Positions 39,341 through 51,702 of a stretch of DNA of 64,000 bases are shown in pieces. The DNA comes from Pirellulales bacterium (GTDB taxonomy: Bacteria > Planctomycetota > Planctomycetia > Pirellulales > PALSA-1355): positions 2,112,001 through 2,176,000 of the forward strand of contig CAVTBU010000005.1 in assembly GCA_963733035.1 (NCBI GenBank), written 5' to 3'. The stretch's first letter is position 1, and every line of letters begins with the position of its first letter. Below the pieces are notes generated by a model, which had not been told where the DNA came from, ran no database searches, and saw only the letters and a program-made list of their open reading frames with translations. The position numbers and the translations under genes were made by a program.

Positions 39341-41035
39341 GTGAAACTGACTTGTTATCCTGTCGAATCCCATCCTCCCAGGCTGGCCCCTGCGCGGCGC
39401 GATCGCGCCTGGATGGATGCGTTGCCCAACGCCAACCGCTGCCTGCCGTTGTCGATTGCCAACTCGTATGGCTGGGAATTGCTCGCACCGGCTTCATTCT
39501 CGGTGCATTGGAATGGCGGCCCCGGTACTGACGACATTCGCATTCACACTCACGGCGACGACCCCATCGAGGGCTTCGCCCAATCGAACTTTGCCGGCGG
39601 CATCGTTACCTTTCATACCGGCTACATTTTTCGGACCGATCCCGGTTGGAACCTGATGGTCACCGGACCACTGAACGAGCCGAAGGACGGTGTTAGCCCG
39701 CTGTCGGGCGTCGTCGAAACCGACTGGCTGCCGTATCCGTTCACGATGAATTGGCAGTTCACGCGCCCGGGCATCGTGCGCTTCGAAAAGGACGAGCCGT
39801 TTTGCCGTATCCTTCCGGTGGTGGGCAAAGCCATCGAAGACGTGCGGCCCGAAATCCATTTGCTTGAATCCGACCTGGAACTCGCCGGCCAGTTTCGCGA
39901 GTGGCGCGAGCGCCGCGACATGTTTCGCGTCAACGTTCGCTCGGGCCATCAGCCCACGATTCGCGAGCGGTGGCAGAAATACTATTTCAAAGGCGAACTG
40001 GCCGACGGACAAGGCGCCGCCGTGCCGCATCACGTACAAAAGCTGCGGCTCGCCGAGCCGATTGATTTGCGGCCCAAAACGCCGGCCGCCAGTCGAGCCC
40101 CAGAACCCAGCGTCAACGTGGCCGATCTGCCTTGCTCGGAAGGCATGATTCCGGTCGCTGGCGGTCGCATCTGGTATCGCACGTTCGGTGCCGTCGGCGA
40201 CACACCACTGTTGATCGTCAACGGCGGCCCCGGACTATCGCACGACTATCTGGACGGTCTTGCCGCGTTGGCCAACGAGCGCCAGGTCGTGCTGTTCGAC
40301 CAGCTTGGCTGTGGCCGTTCGGATCGGCCGACCGACGAAGGCCTATGGAGCGTCGGCAAGCTCGTCGACGATATCGGCCAGGTGCGCCGCGCGCTGGGTC
40401 TCGACCGCGTGCATCTGCTGGGCCATTCGACCGGCGCGCTACTGGCCGTCGAACACGCCCTGAACGAGCCGGCCGGTGTTGCCAGCTTGACGCTGGCAAG
40501 TCCCTGCTTGAGCATGCCCCGCACGATGTCGGACTTTGATCGACTGCGCGATCAGTTTCCGGCCGACTTTCAGATGATCTTCGCCCGCGCGCAATCGGAT
40601 CCTTCGATCAACGGCGCCAATCATCAGGCCGCCGTGCGTACCTACTATCGCCGGCATTTTTGTCGCTTGCAGCCCTGGCCCGAATCGCTGGTGCGGGCGT
40701 TCACCGGAATGGGTGGGCACATGAACGCCGCGCTGTGGGGCCCGCGCCCACTGGCCTGCACCGGCACGCTACGCACCTACGAGATCGGCGGCCGATTGGC
40801 CGACCTCGATGTCCCCACGCTGTTCACCTGCGGCCGGCACGACTTCGCGACGCCGGAGGCCACCGGCGACTTCCAGCAGCAGGTCGCCCATGCGCAACTG
40901 GCCGTCTTCGAGCACAGTTCGCACACGCCCCACCTCGAAGAACCCGGCGCCTACCTCTCGACCCTGCGGGCGTTTCTAGTCGAAAGCGAATCGCAATCGA
41001 TTGTCGCCGAAGGCGTTGCTAGTATCGGCGACTAG
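39341..41035 (+). CDS. DUF6065-like domain fused to a proline iminopeptidase-like alpha/beta hydrolase
   Basis: N-half RAWMD...RCLPLSIAN..GWE...GVVETDW.PYPFTMNW; C-half GGPG, FDQLGCGRS, GHSTG and SSHTPHLEE. Confidence 0.75.
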   Translation: MKLTCYPVESHPPRLAPARRDRAWMDALPNANRCLPLSIANSYGWELLAPASFSVHWNGGPGTDDIRIHTHGDDPIEGFAQSNFAGGIVTFHTGYIFRTDPGWNLMVTGPLNEPKDGVSPLSGVVETDWLPYPFTMNWQFTRPGIVRFEKDEPFCRILPVVGKAIEDVRPEIHLLESDLELAGQFREWRERRDMFRVNVRSGHQPTIRERWQKYYFKGELADGQGAAVPHHVQKLRLAEPIDLRPKTPAASRAPEPSVNVADLPCSEGMIPVAGGRIWYRTFGAVGDTPLLIVNGGPGLSHDYLDGLAALANERQVVLFDQLGCGRSDRPTDEGLWSVGKLVDDIGQVRRALGLDRVHLLGHSTGALLAVEHALNEPAGVASLTLASPCLSMPRTMSDFDRLRDQFPADFQMIFARAQSDPSINGANHQAAVRTYYRRHFCRLQPWPESLVRAFTGMGGHMNAALWGPRPLACTGTLRTYEIGGRLADLDVPTLFTCGRHDFATPEATGDFQQQVAHAQLAVFEHSSHTPHLEEPGAYLSTLRAFLVESESQSIVAEGVASIGD

Positions 41036-41163
41036 CCGAGTCCCCAGTCGGTGATCTTTTTTTGCCGGATAGACTGGCCCACTCCCCTACTTTTGCCATC
41101 GGACGTCGACCGTGATAGGCTTTTAGGTTGGCCTACTATCGAAACTAGCCAGCCTGGCACTCC

Positions 41164-44037
41164 ATGACTCTTGCGACTGACGACGACGCCACGTATGTGA
41201 CGGGCGCCGACGAGGCGGATACCATCCGCATCCGCGGCGTGCGCGTTCATAATCTGCAAAACGTCGACATCGACCTGCCCCGCGACCGGCTGGTCGTGAT
41301 CACCGGCCCGAGCGGCTCGGGCAAGAGCTCGCTGGCCTTCGATACGCTGTTTGCCGAAGGGCAGCGTCAGTACATCGAGAGCCTCTCCGTCTATGCCCGG
41401 CAGTTCCTGCATCAGATGGAGCGCCCCGACGTCGACTTGATTGAGGGGCTGGAACCAACGATCTCCATCGACCAGCGGGCCGGCAGCCAGAATCCTCGCA
41501 GCACGGTGGCCACGGTCACCGAGATCTACGATTATCTGCGCCTGCTCTACGCCCGATTGGGCACGGCTACCTGTTACAAATGTCGAGCGACGATCCATCA
41601 GCAGTCACCAGAACAGATCGTCGAGGATCTGGCCGCGCTTCCCTCGGGCACGAAGCTGATGATCATGGCCCCGTATGTGCGCGGCCGCAAAGGTGCACAC
41701 AAGGATGTGCTCGACGCCATCCGCAAGGCGGGTTTCGTGCGCGTGCGTGTCGACGGAGAAATCGTCGACATCGACCAAATCGACACACTGCCCCCTCGAA
41801 AGAATCACAGCATCGACGCGGTCGTCGATCGAGTCGTCGTTCGCGAAGGCGCCGAGCCTCGGTTGGCCGAGTCCACACGACTAGCGATTTCGCACGGCGA
41901 AGGGGCGGTCGTGGCGGTGTATCTAGAACCCACCGCCACCGATGCCAAGGGCCGGCCGGACACGAGTGCCTGGCAAGAACGCCTCTACAGCACGCTCTAC
42001 GCCTGCCCTCATTGCAAAATCAGTTTCGAGGAACTCGAGCCGCGCACGTTCAGCTTCAATAGTCCCTACGGCGCCTGTCGCAGTTGCGAGGGCCTCGGGT
42101 CGCGAATGCAGTTCGATCCCGACTTAGTTCTGCCGGATGATAACCTGTCACTTGCCGAAGGGGCTGTTGTCGCCTGGAAAGGGGCCACACCGGCCCAAGT
42201 TCGCAAGATTAATACGCAGCTCAAGCCCTGGCTGATGGCCACGGGATTTGAGTGGGACCGCCCGCTTTCCGAACTCAAGCCCAAACAGCGGGAGCAACTG
42301 GTTCACGGTGACGGTCGCGGTTTTCCCGGCGTGCTCACCCTGCTCGAACACCAATACGCCACCTCGCTCAAGCCGGCCGAACGGTCCAAACTCGAAGGCC
42401 TGCGCGGCGTGGTCGCGTGCCTCGATTGTGGTGGAGCTCGATTGCGACCGGAGGCTCGGGCGTGCCTGTTTCATGGTTTGGCAATTCACCAGCTGACGGC
42501 GCTCAGCGTCGCGCGCGCCCGCCAATGGTTTGGTGAATTGAATCTTTCGACGAAAGAACAATTGATCGCGACGCCGATCGTCCGCGAGGTCAACAACCGC
42601 CTGTCCTTTCTTGAGAACGTGGGCGTCGAGTATCTCACGCTCGACCGGCCGGCCGACACACTGAGCGGCGGCGAATTGCAACGTGTGCGTTTGGCCACTG
42701 GAATCGGTTCCGGACTCGTGGGCGTGTGCTACGTACTCGACGAGCCATCGATCGGTTTGCACCAGCGAGACAATCAACGGCTGATCGACGCGTTGCGCGG
42801 GCTGCAAGAACAGGGAAATACCGTGCTCGTCGTCGAGCACGATGAGGCGATGATGCGGCAGGCGGACTACCTGGTCGACATGGGTCCAGGAGCCGGCATT
42901 CATGGTGGGCGCATCGTCGCCGAAGGGTCGCCAGAAGAAGTAGCCGGCAACCCTGCCTCCGTGACAGGCCGTTATTTATCAGGCGAACTGGCGATCGAAG
43001 TGCCCGCCACGCGGCGGCGCTTGGCCAAGACGCGTTCGCTGATGATTGAGGGCGTGACAACGAACAACCTCAAGGAAGTCGATGCGCAGATTCCGCTCTC
43101 GGCGCTGGTTTGCGTCACCGGAGTAAGCGGGTCGGGCAAGAGTTCGCTCATTAATGAGACGCTGGCCCGCGCCATCAGGCGGCGTCTCACGGGCGACGGC
43201 CCCAAGCCCGGTCCGCACCGCAGTCTGCGTGGCGTCAGTCAACTCGATAAGCTGATTGAGATCGATCAGTCGCCCATTGGGCGTACGCCGCGGAGCAACC
43301 CGGCGACTTATTCCGGCATGTTCGACGAAATCCGCAAGGTCTTTGCCGGCACGCGCGAGGCACGGCTCCGAGGCTACAAAATCGGCCGCTTCAGCTTCAA
43401 CGTCAAAGGCGGTCGCTGCGAGGAGTGCCAGGGGCAGGGAATTCGCCGCATCGAGATGAACTTCCTGCCCGATTTGCTCGTGCCGTGCCCGGTCTGCGAA
43501 GGAGCACGGTTCAATCACCAAACGCTCGAAGTTCGTTACCGGGGGTTGTCGATCGCCGACGTGCTCGAATTACGCGTTGACGACGCGCTGCAATTCTTCG
43601 AAAACTTCCCGCAGATCGTTCGCCAGCTCACCAGCTTGCAGGATGTCGGTCTAGGATATCTCAGCTTGGGACAATCGTCGACGACCCTCTCCGGCGGCGA
43701 AGCGCAGCGCGTCAAACTGGCCACGGAGCTAGCTCGCGTCGACACCGGAAATACCTTGTATATCCTCGACGAACCAACTACCGGCCTACATTTCGACGAC
43801 ATCAAGAAACTGCTCGTCGTGCTCGACCGGTTGGTCTCCGTTGGGAATACCGTATTGGTAATCGAACACAATTTGGACGTCGCCAAGCGAGCCGACTGGA
43901 TCATCGATCTCGGCCCCGGCGGTGGCGAAAACGGCGGCCAGATCGTGGCCACCGGCACGCCTGAGGATATCGCCGCCACGCCCGAAAACGCGACGGGTGA
44001 ATTCCTGAAGCCACTGCTTAGCGACAAGGCATCCTAA
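41164..44037 (+). CDS. uvrA: Excinuclease ABC subunit A
   Basis: Two GxSGSGKS Walker A motifs, LSGGE, zinc fingers and FSFN. Confidence 0.97.
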   Translation: MTLATDDDATYVTGADEADTIRIRGVRVHNLQNVDIDLPRDRLVVITGPSGSGKSSLAFDTLFAEGQRQYIESLSVYARQFLHQMERPDVDLIEGLEPTISIDQRAGSQNPRSTVATVTEIYDYLRLLYARLGTATCYKCRATIHQQSPEQIVEDLAALPSGTKLMIMAPYVRGRKGAHKDVLDAIRKAGFVRVRVDGEIVDIDQIDTLPPRKNHSIDAVVDRVVVREGAEPRLAESTRLAISHGEGAVVAVYLEPTATDAKGRPDTSAWQERLYSTLYACPHCKISFEELEPRTFSFNSPYGACRSCEGLGSRMQFDPDLVLPDDNLSLAEGAVVAWKGATPAQVRKINTQLKPWLMATGFEWDRPLSELKPKQREQLVHGDGRGFPGVLTLLEHQYATSLKPAERSKLEGLRGVVACLDCGGARLRPEARACLFHGLAIHQLTALSVARARQWFGELNLSTKEQLIATPIVREVNNRLSFLENVGVEYLTLDRPADTLSGGELQRVRLATGIGSGLVGVCYVLDEPSIGLHQRDNQRLIDALRGLQEQGNTVLVVEHDEAMMRQADYLVDMGPGAGIHGGRIVAEGSPEEVAGNPASVTGRYLSGELAIEVPATRRRLAKTRSLMIEGVTTNNLKEVDAQIPLSALVCVTGVSGSGKSSLINETLARAIRRRLTGDGPKPGPHRSLRGVSQLDKLIEIDQSPIGRTPRSNPATYSGMFDEIRKVFAGTREARLRGYKIGRFSFNVKGGRCEECQGQGIRRIEMNFLPDLLVPCPVCEGARFNHQTLEVRYRGLSIADVLELRVDDALQFFENFPQIVRQLTSLQDVGLGYLSLGQSSTTLSGGEAQRVKLATELARVDTGNTLYILDEPTTGLHFDDIKKLLVVLDRLVSVGNTVLVIEHNLDVAKRADWIIDLGPGGGENGGQIVATGTPEDIAATPENATGEFLKPLLSDKAS

Positions 44038-44059
44038 CTCACTCGTTCGCACTGCCGGC

Positions 44060-44626
44060 CTATTTGGCGGCCTTCGCCGCCGCCGCCACGTCGCTCCCCT
44101 TAGCCCGGCCACCGTGGGACTTGCTGACCTTTGCATAGCGGATGATGCCGTCACGGTCGATGACGAACGTCGACGGATAGGCGGTCTCGCGTGGGGCATC
44201 CCAACGCAGCTCATAGGCGCTGGTGAACTCGTAGCCAGGGTCCGTCACGTAATGGAAATTCTCTGGCAGCGTCTTGCCTTTGAGGAATTCCTCGGCTCGA
44301 TCCCCCAGGCCATCGATCGGACCGGGATAGACGAGGACCACGTTGGCGCCGGCCTGCTTCAGCGCGGCGGCATGCTTCATCAGGTCAGCAACTTGAACGC
44401 TGCAAATTGGACACTGATAACCCGGATAGCCTCGCAGCACAACGAGTACCACGGGGCCATTCTCTCGAAGTTCGTCCAGATTCACAGAGTCGCCTTCGAG
44501 TGTCTTCAAGGTAAAGTCAGGCGCCTGCTCTCCAACGGCAGGAATGCCGGCAATCGCCCCCCTGGCAAAGCTGACCGCGAGTAACGCCAGGCCGTAAGCC
44601 GCTAGTAACCGAATCCGCGTGATCAT
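44060..44626 (-). CDS. Peroxiredoxin-like AhpC/TSA family protein, exported
   Basis: APDFTL, RGYPGYQCPIC and PSTFVID. Confidence 0.8.
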   Translation of the reverse strand: MITRIRLLAAYGLALLAVSFARGAIAGIPAVGEQAPDFTLKTLEGDSVNLDELRENGPVVLVVLRGYPGYQCPICSVQVADLMKHAAALKQAGANVVLVYPGPIDGLGDRAEEFLKGKTLPENFHYVTDPGYEFTSAYELRWDAPRETAYPSTFVIDRDGIIRYAKVSKSHGGRAKGSDVAAAAKAAK

Positions 44627-44741
44627 GTCCTGGTTCTCCGAAGTTGAGTCGATGGATGCCGCCTTCTTAGTCGTAAGGCCGAGGCTGGCCGTTACACCAG
44701 CGGAGTCATTGTAGCAGAACGATTTGCCTAACCGTCTCCCG

Positions 44742-45860
44742 CTATCGCCGGGCAAACCGCCCGACCGCGTCCGGGTTGAGTTCAATTCCCAAACCCGGGC
44801 CACTCGGCACTTGCAGCATTCCTGCAGCGTCAATCTCGAACCGTGGCAACGTCAACTCCTCGATATACGGTACGCCCGTCTGAAACTCGACCCACCGGGC
44901 AACCGGCATCGCGGCCGAGAGCGCCAGATCGGCAGCCACTCCGATGGCCGTGTTCCAGCCGTGGGGCACGAGCAGTACGCCCTGGTCCGCGGCCATCCAA
45001 GCCAGCCGCCGTCCCTCGCTCAGCCCGCCACACTTCGTCAGGTCCGGCTGAATGATGTCCACCGCGCGGCGTGTGATCAGCGGCTGAAACGATTGCCGCC
45101 GGGTGAGCACTTCGCCGGTCGCCACCAACACGGGCGACGTCTCGCGCAGGGCGGCAAAACCGTCGACGTCGTCGGGCACGAGTGCCTCTTCGAACCAAAC
45201 GACACCATAGTCGCCGAGCATCCTGGCCGTTTCCCTCGCCCAGGTGACTCCGTGGGGCCAGAACTGTTCGCTTCCGCCGGCATCAACCATCAGCTCCACG
45301 TCGTCGCCGACTGTTTCCCGCGCCGTTTTGATCAATTGCTCATCGAGCTTACGGCTCACGCGTCCAAACGGCCGCCAGCCCATCTTGATTGCACGGAAGC
45401 CGCGGGCGAGCTGCTCGCGAAGCTTGTCTGCCAGTACCGGCGGATCATCGAACAGCATCGACGCGTACGGCTTGATCCGGTCGCGATAGTTTCCTCCGAG
45501 CAATTTGGATACCGGTTGGCCGAGCGCCTTTCCCCATAGATCCCAAAGTGCTATGTCGAGGCCACTGATCGCATGCTCCACCGAACCGCCACGGCCGAGC
45601 CAGAACGTGCTTTGTCGCATCGTTTCACTCACCCGCTCCGGCTCGAGTGCCGACTGGCCAATCAGAAACGGCTTGAGCAGTTCCAAAGCCCCTTCCACCA
45701 GGGTTCGCGTCGTGTAGCAGCTTCCCAGACCGACCGGCCCTTCATCGCTAACCACCTCGACCAGCGTATTGTATTGCACGTTGGGGTCGGTGCCGCCGGG
45801 CCAACCATGGTCGTCGGTGGCACCAGCCAGGGCAATCGTCCGCACCGAAGCGATCTTCAT
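44742..45860 (-). CDS. Mandelate racemase/muconate lactonizing enzyme family protein
   Basis: DIALWDL, KMG, MVDA, WFEE, GE, IIQPD and PHGW. Confidence 0.92.
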   Translation of the reverse strand: MKIASVRTIALAGATDDHGWPGGTDPNVQYNTLVEVVSDEGPVGLGSCYTTRTLVEGALELLKPFLIGQSALEPERVSETMRQSTFWLGRGGSVEHAISGLDIALWDLWGKALGQPVSKLLGGNYRDRIKPYASMLFDDPPVLADKLREQLARGFRAIKMGWRPFGRVSRKLDEQLIKTARETVGDDVELMVDAGGSEQFWPHGVTWARETARMLGDYGVVWFEEALVPDDVDGFAALRETSPVLVATGEVLTRRQSFQPLITRRAVDIIQPDLTKCGGLSEGRRLAWMAADQGVLLVPHGWNTAIGVAADLALSAAMPVARWVEFQTGVPYIEELTLPRFEIDAAGMLQVPSGPGLGIELNPDAVGRFARR

Positions 45861-45983
45861 CGGTTGAACTCTCCGTCAATTGGAAAGATACTCATGGTAC
45901 CCCAAGCCACACATACTCCCAAGCCGCCGCTTCCCGCCCAATGGCCACGAACTAGGGTCACCCGCACGCAAAGGATTCTTTCC

Positions 45984-46876
45984 GTGAGCAATCGCGCCCT
46001 GACGGACTATCGCTATGAAAAGTTGACTTGGCCCGAAATCGAAGACGCTGTCGACGCCGGACAGGTTTGCATCGTCCCCTGCGGCGCCGTCGAACAACAC
46101 GGCCCTCACCTGCCGCTCGACGTGGACCTTGTCTGCCCGGGCGGCATTGCCCGAGGAACGGGCGAACAAATTCCCGACAAGGTGAAAGTGCTGCCGATCG
46201 TGCCTTACGGCTACACCGGACATGTCATGGATTTTCCCGGCACGATCAACAACGACTTCGAGCATTTTCAACACGGCGTGCTCGACATCTGCAAATCGCT
46301 GGCCTACCACGGCTTCAAAAAGATCATTCTGCTCAACGGCCACGGTTCGAACATGCCGAACCTCGATCTGGTCGCGCGGCGGTCCAATCTCGAGACCGAC
46401 GCCGAATGCGTTTGCATCGGCTGGTGGCATCTGCTGTCGGTCGACAAGGAATTCTTCCCTCGGTGGCGCGAAAGCAAGTTTCCTGGCGGCTGCGCCACGC
46501 CTGCGAACTCGAAACGTCGCTGTACATGTACCTCGACGGCGAGAACGTGCGAATGGACAAAATCAAAAACGGCGACATCAGCTTCAACCTTGAAGACAGC
46601 CCGTTCATGTGGGTCGATCTGTTTGCCGCAGGTCCGGCGACGGTCATCTCCTGGACCAGCAGCTACAGTGAAACGGGCGTGCTCGGCGAACCGGAACTGG
46701 CGACGCCGGAAAAGGGACGTCAGGTGTATGAGGAGGCGGTAAAGCAACTCGTGCGGTTCGTCACCTGGTTTAAGGACCGGCCCCGCGACCCGCGGCGCGA
46801 TCGTCACCGCAGATCGCCAACGATGCCGATTCCCTGGAATCAACGTCCGATCAATAAGAAGCACGACATACAGTGA
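45984..46876 (+). CDS. Creatininase family protein, frameshifted near 46497
   Basis: GAVEQHGPHLP..D and NGHGSN; second frame HACELETS...GVLGEP. Confidence 0.88.
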
Positions 46877-46883
46877 GACGGCC

Positions 46884-49671
46884 GTGTCCTTGGCTACGCT
46901 GAGAATGAGCCTGTTCATACTGGTGTCGCTGGTGGCGTTACCTGTCGCGGCCGACGAACCTCGCGCCGCCGACAACGACTTCTTCGAGCGCGACATCCGA
47001 CCCCTGCTGATTCGACACTGCCATACCTGCCACGGTGACCTGGCCGAGCCCAAGGGCGGACTGAAACTCACTTCGCGAGATGACGCGCCTGCGCGGGGGC
47101 GACAGCGGCCCGGCGGCGGTGGCCGGAAAACCCGACGAGAGCCTGCTGATCTCGGCCGTGAACTACGAAGACTTGGAAATGCCTCCGGACGGCAAGCGAC
47201 TCGACCCGACGGAAGTTGCCAAGCTTTCCGAGTGGGTTAAGCGTGGGCTTCCCTGGCCAAAAGCTACGGCTGCCTCCCTTGCTCGCGCCCAAAACCTGGT
47301 CGAGAACCAACAGATCGCCGAGGTGCAAAGAATCCATTGGGCGTTTCAGCCAATCCAGCGACCAGCCATCCCAGTGGTCCGCGATTCGAGTTGGGCCAAG
47401 ACTGAGGTCGATCCCTTTGTCTTGGCATTGCTGAAAAAGCACAACCTTACCCCCTCGCGGCCGGCGGACAAGCGGATGCTCTTGAGGCGGTTGTCATTCG
47501 ATCTGACTGGCCTGCCGCCTACTCCGGAAGAAGTCGACGCCTTTGTTGCCGACGAGGCGCCGGATGCCACCCAGCGCGTCGTTGATCGATTGCTCGCCTC
47601 ACCCCACTACGGTGAACGCTGGGCCCGGCATTGGCTCGACGTCGCGCGTTACGCCGACACAAAGGGCTATGTGTTGTTTCAGGATGGAAACTTCCCATGG
47701 TCGTACACCTATCGCGACTATGTCATTCGTGCGTTCAATGACGACTTGCCCTACGACCGGTTTCTCGTCGAGCAAATCGCCGCCGACAAGCTGGCGCTCG
47801 GTGATGACCGACGGCCGCTCACAGCGCTGGGCTTTCTTACCCTCGGCAGCAGCTTTATGAACAACCAGCAGGACGTAATCGACGATCGAATTGACGTCAT
47901 TTCTCGCGGCCTGCTGGGACTAACGGTTGCCTGCGCTCGCTGCCACGACCACAAGTTCGATCCCATCCCCACCCGCGACTATTACTCGCTCTACGGCGTG
48001 TTGGCCAGCTCGGTCGAGCCGACGGTGCCACCGCTTTTCGAAGAGCCGCCACGGACCGAGGAATACGCGGCGTTTGCCAAGGAGCTTGCCGAGCGGGAAA
48101 AGAAGCTCAACGACTACGTGGAGGGGAAGTTTGCCGAGTTGCTCACCGGAGCACGCACGCGGTTATCCGAGTATTTGCTTGCCGCCCATGCCCAGCGAGG
48201 CAAACCACCGACAGAAGACTTCATGCTGTTGGCGGATCCCGAAGATCCCAATCCTACGATGGTCATTCGCTATCAGCTCTATCTGGAACGTACGGCCCAA
48301 GGACACGACCCGGTGTGGGCTTTGTGGCACGCACTTGGTGCCATTCCACCGGAGAGGTTCGCCGACAAAGCCAATGCAACTGTCGAACGGATTCTCGCCG
48401 AGCAAACCATCGAACGACCGATCAATCCACTGGTGGCCGGAGCCTTCCTTGGCAAGCCGCTTCGCGAAATGGCCGACGTGGCCAAGATCTATGGCGAACT
48501 TCTGCTCGGTGCCGACACGCTGCCGGCGGCGAGCAACCAGAGCAATCCCGCACTGGCCGCCTTGCAGCGCGTGTTGCGAGGCTCGGAAGCCCCGGCCAAT
48601 TTGGCTCGCAATGAGATCAATACCTTGGCCCTGCTCCCTGATCGCAAGTCGCAGGGCGAACGCAAAGAATTCCTGAAGGCCGTCGAGGAATGGCGGGCCA
48701 GCGGTCCGGCCGCGCCGCCAAGGGCCATGGCGCTGGAAGATTCACCGACACCGATCGAGCCGCGGATTTTTATACGGGGTAATCCGACGAATCTCGGCGA
48801 GGCAGTTCCGCGTCGGTTTCTCCGCGTGCTCAGCGACGGTGAGCCGGCCCCGTTTACCGAAGGCAGCGGCCGACTGGAACTCGCCCAAGCGATCGCCGAT
48901 CGAGACAATCCGCTCACGGCTCGTGTTCTGGTCAACCGCATATGGCTCGCACATTTTGGCACGCCTCTGGTGACAACACCGAGCGACTTTGGCCTGCGGA
49001 GCGACCCGCCAAGCCATCCCGCGCTTTTGGACCATTTGGCCACGGGCCTCATGGAGCACGGCTGGAGCATCAAGTGGCTCCACCGGCAGATCGTTCTGTC
49101 GGCAACCTACCGCCAGGCCAGTGATGATCGGACGGATTGCCTCAAGCTCGATCCCGAGAATCGCTGGCTCTGGCGGATGAACCGTCGCCGGCTCGATTTC
49201 GAAACGACACGCGATACACTGTTGGCGGTCAGCGGGCGACTCGATCGCACGCTGGGTGGGCCTCCAATCACCGACATTTGTTCACCCGACGCCACTCGAC
49301 GCACGATATACGGCCGCATCGATCGTCTGAACTTACCCGGTTTGTTCCGCACATTCGATTTTCCGAACCCCGACGCCACCAGCCCCGAACGTCCGCAAAC
49401 CACCGTGCCACAACAGGCTTTGTTCTTCTTGAACCATCCGCTGGTGATCGAGGCGGCCAAGGCATTTTGGTCACGGACGGACGTGCCAACGGGCAAAGAT
49501 GCCGCGCCTCGAATCGACCGACTTTACCGCGTGGCGTATGGACGTCCGCCGAGTGATGACGAATTGGATTGGGCCGAGCAGTTTATCTCGGCCGGGGTCG
49601 GAAGCGACGACGTTTGGACGGAACTCGCCCAGGCGATCTTGGCCACCAACGAATTCGTGTACATTGACTAG
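46884..49671 (+). CDS. Planctomycete cytochrome c / DUF1549 / DUF1553 protein, frameshifted near 47085
   Basis: CHTCH, HWAF, YGERWARHWLD, CARCHDHKFDP, NPLTARVLVNR and PSHPALLD. Confidence 0.9.
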
Positions 49672-49682
49672 AGACTCTCGCT

Positions 49683-51119
49683 ATGGCCACGTACGACCAA
49701 AAACATGGAGAAACGAGCCCGCGGCTCACGCGGCGGAAAATGCTCGCTCGCAGCGGCCTGGGGTTTGGCATGCTAGGGCTTGCCGGCGTGCTCGCGGCCG
49801 ACGGCGCAATGCCGCAGGTTGCCGACGCATCGACGTCCGGTGGAGCACTGGCTCCCAAACACCCACATTTTGCCGGCAAGGCCAAACAGGTCGTGCACCT
49901 GTTCATGAACGGCGGACCGTCGCAGGTAGATACCTTCGATCCCAAGCCGGCCCTCGATCAATACCACGGTCAACCTCTGCCCAGCAGCTTGCGTACCGAA
50001 CGCAAAACCGGCGCGGCGATGCGCTCGCCGTTTAAGTTTGCCCGGTACGGACAAAGCGGGATCGAAATCAGCGAATTGTTTGCGAAAACTGCACAGCACG
50101 TCGACGACCTGTGTATCATTCGCTCGATGACTGCCGACGTCCCGAATCACGAGCCTTCACTGTTGCTCATGAACTGCGGCGATGGTCGCCTGCCGCGGCC
50201 CAGCGTTGGGTCGTGGGTGACTTACGGACTCGGTTCCGAGAACCAGAATCTGCCGGGCTTCATCGCGCTGTGTCCGGGCGGCTATCCGATCGTGGCCACC
50301 CAGAACTGGCGATCCGCCTTTTTGCCGGGCGCCTATCAGGGCACCTACATCGACACCAAGCACACAGAAGTCGACAAGCTGGTCGAGAATATCCAAAACA
50401 AAATGCTTTCCCCCAATGAGCAGCGACGGCAACTCGACTTCGTGCAGCGGCTGAATCGGAGTCATCAGCAATCCCGGGCGGCCGACGCGCGGCTGGAATC
50501 CCGCATCGAATCGTTCGAACTCGCCTATCGCATGCAGGGCGAGGCCGCCGAGGCGTTCGACGTCTCGCGCGAGCCGGAGCATGTTCGGGCGATGTATGGC
50601 GACGGACTGCAAGGTCGGCAACTCATGATCACCCGCCGGTTGCTCGAGCGCGGTGTGCGGTTCATACAGGTTTGGAGCGGTGCGGGCCAGCCTTGGGACA
50701 ACCACGAAAACATCGAGGCGGGACACCGCGAGCTATGCGGCGAGTGGGACGGACCGATCGCCGCCTTTTTGGCCGATCTGAAACAACGCGGCCTGCTCGA
50801 CAGCACGCTCGTGCTGTGGGGCGGGGAATTCGGCCGTACGCCGGTTGCGGAATTGCCGAAACTGAGCGGCCGGGACCACAACCACTACGGTTTCACGATG
50901 TGGCTGGCCGGCGGGGGCGTACGCGGTGGACAAGTGTATGGCGCGACCGACGACTTCGGCTTTGCCGCCGTGCAAAACAAGGTGCACGTGCACGATCTGC
51001 ATGCCACCATGCTGCATCTGTTGGGCATTGACCACGAGCGGCTGACCTACCGCTACGCGGGGCGAGACTTCCGCCTGACCGACGTACATGGCCGCGTGAT
51101 GCGCGACCTGTTGGCCTAG
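49683..51119 (+). CDS. DUF1501 domain protein
   Basis: Tat-like TRR, GGPSQVDTFDPKP, GEFGRTP and GRDH. Confidence 0.92.
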   Translation: MATYDQKHGETSPRLTRRKMLARSGLGFGMLGLAGVLAADGAMPQVADASTSGGALAPKHPHFAGKAKQVVHLFMNGGPSQVDTFDPKPALDQYHGQPLPSSLRTERKTGAAMRSPFKFARYGQSGIEISELFAKTAQHVDDLCIIRSMTADVPNHEPSLLLMNCGDGRLPRPSVGSWVTYGLGSENQNLPGFIALCPGGYPIVATQNWRSAFLPGAYQGTYIDTKHTEVDKLVENIQNKMLSPNEQRRQLDFVQRLNRSHQQSRAADARLESRIESFELAYRMQGEAAEAFDVSREPEHVRAMYGDGLQGRQLMITRRLLERGVRFIQVWSGAGQPWDNHENIEAGHRELCGEWDGPIAAFLADLKQRGLLDSTLVLWGGEFGRTPVAELPKLSGRDHNHYGFTMWLAGGGVRGGQVYGATDDFGFAAVQNKVHVHDLHATMLHLLGIDHERLTYRYAGRDFRLTDVHGRVMRDLLA

Positions 51120-51123
51120 CGGC

Positions 51124-51702
51124 TCAGCCGCCGAAAGGACCGCCCATCGACGATAGGCCACGTTGCTGGCGGCGTTCCTGGAGCTGTTTCATGTACTCGC
51201 CGAACATGGCTCGCTCTTGCGGCGAGGTATTGTCGAGCATCCGCTTGCGCATCTCATTGCGCTGATTCTGGTCCATGCCACCGCGATTGCCAAAGCCGCC
51301 TGGGGGACCCGGGGGGCGCTCGCCGCTGGCGCGCCGCTTTTGCATGTCCTTGCGGAATTTTTCCATGCGGTCGATATCTTCGTCGAGTTGCGCCCTGCGC
51401 TGATCCTCGGGCAGGTCAAAGTAATCGGCGACCCTTTGCCGCATCCGTTGGGCAAACGGATTGTCGCGCATCAATTCATCGCGCTGATCCGAGGAGAGCT
51501 TTTCTGTTTCCTTCCGCAGCTCGCCAAATGCCTGGCGACGGTCTTCATCCGCCATTTTTGTATTCGGATCGAAAAGCCTCTCCTGCAACTGCTGGACCTT
51601 CACCATCTGGGGATCCGGTCGCGGCGGAAGCAAAGCCCAGGCCAGGCCACCAAATGCCGCCAAGATCAACAACGCCACGACCGTCTTTTTGTTTCTTGAC
51701 AT
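51124..51702 (-). CDS. Hypothetical membrane-anchored helical protein
   Basis: N-terminal TM segment then charged helices. Confidence 0.65.
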   Translation of the reverse strand: MSRNKKTVVALLILAAFGGLAWALLPPRPDPQMVKVQQLQERLFDPNTKMADEDRRQAFGELRKETEKLSSDQRDELMRDNPFAQRMRQRVADYFDLPEDQRRAQLDEDIDRMEKFRKDMQKRRASGERPPGPPGGFGNRGGMDQNQRNEMRKRMLDNTSPQERAMFGEYMKQLQERRQQRGLSSMGGPFGG

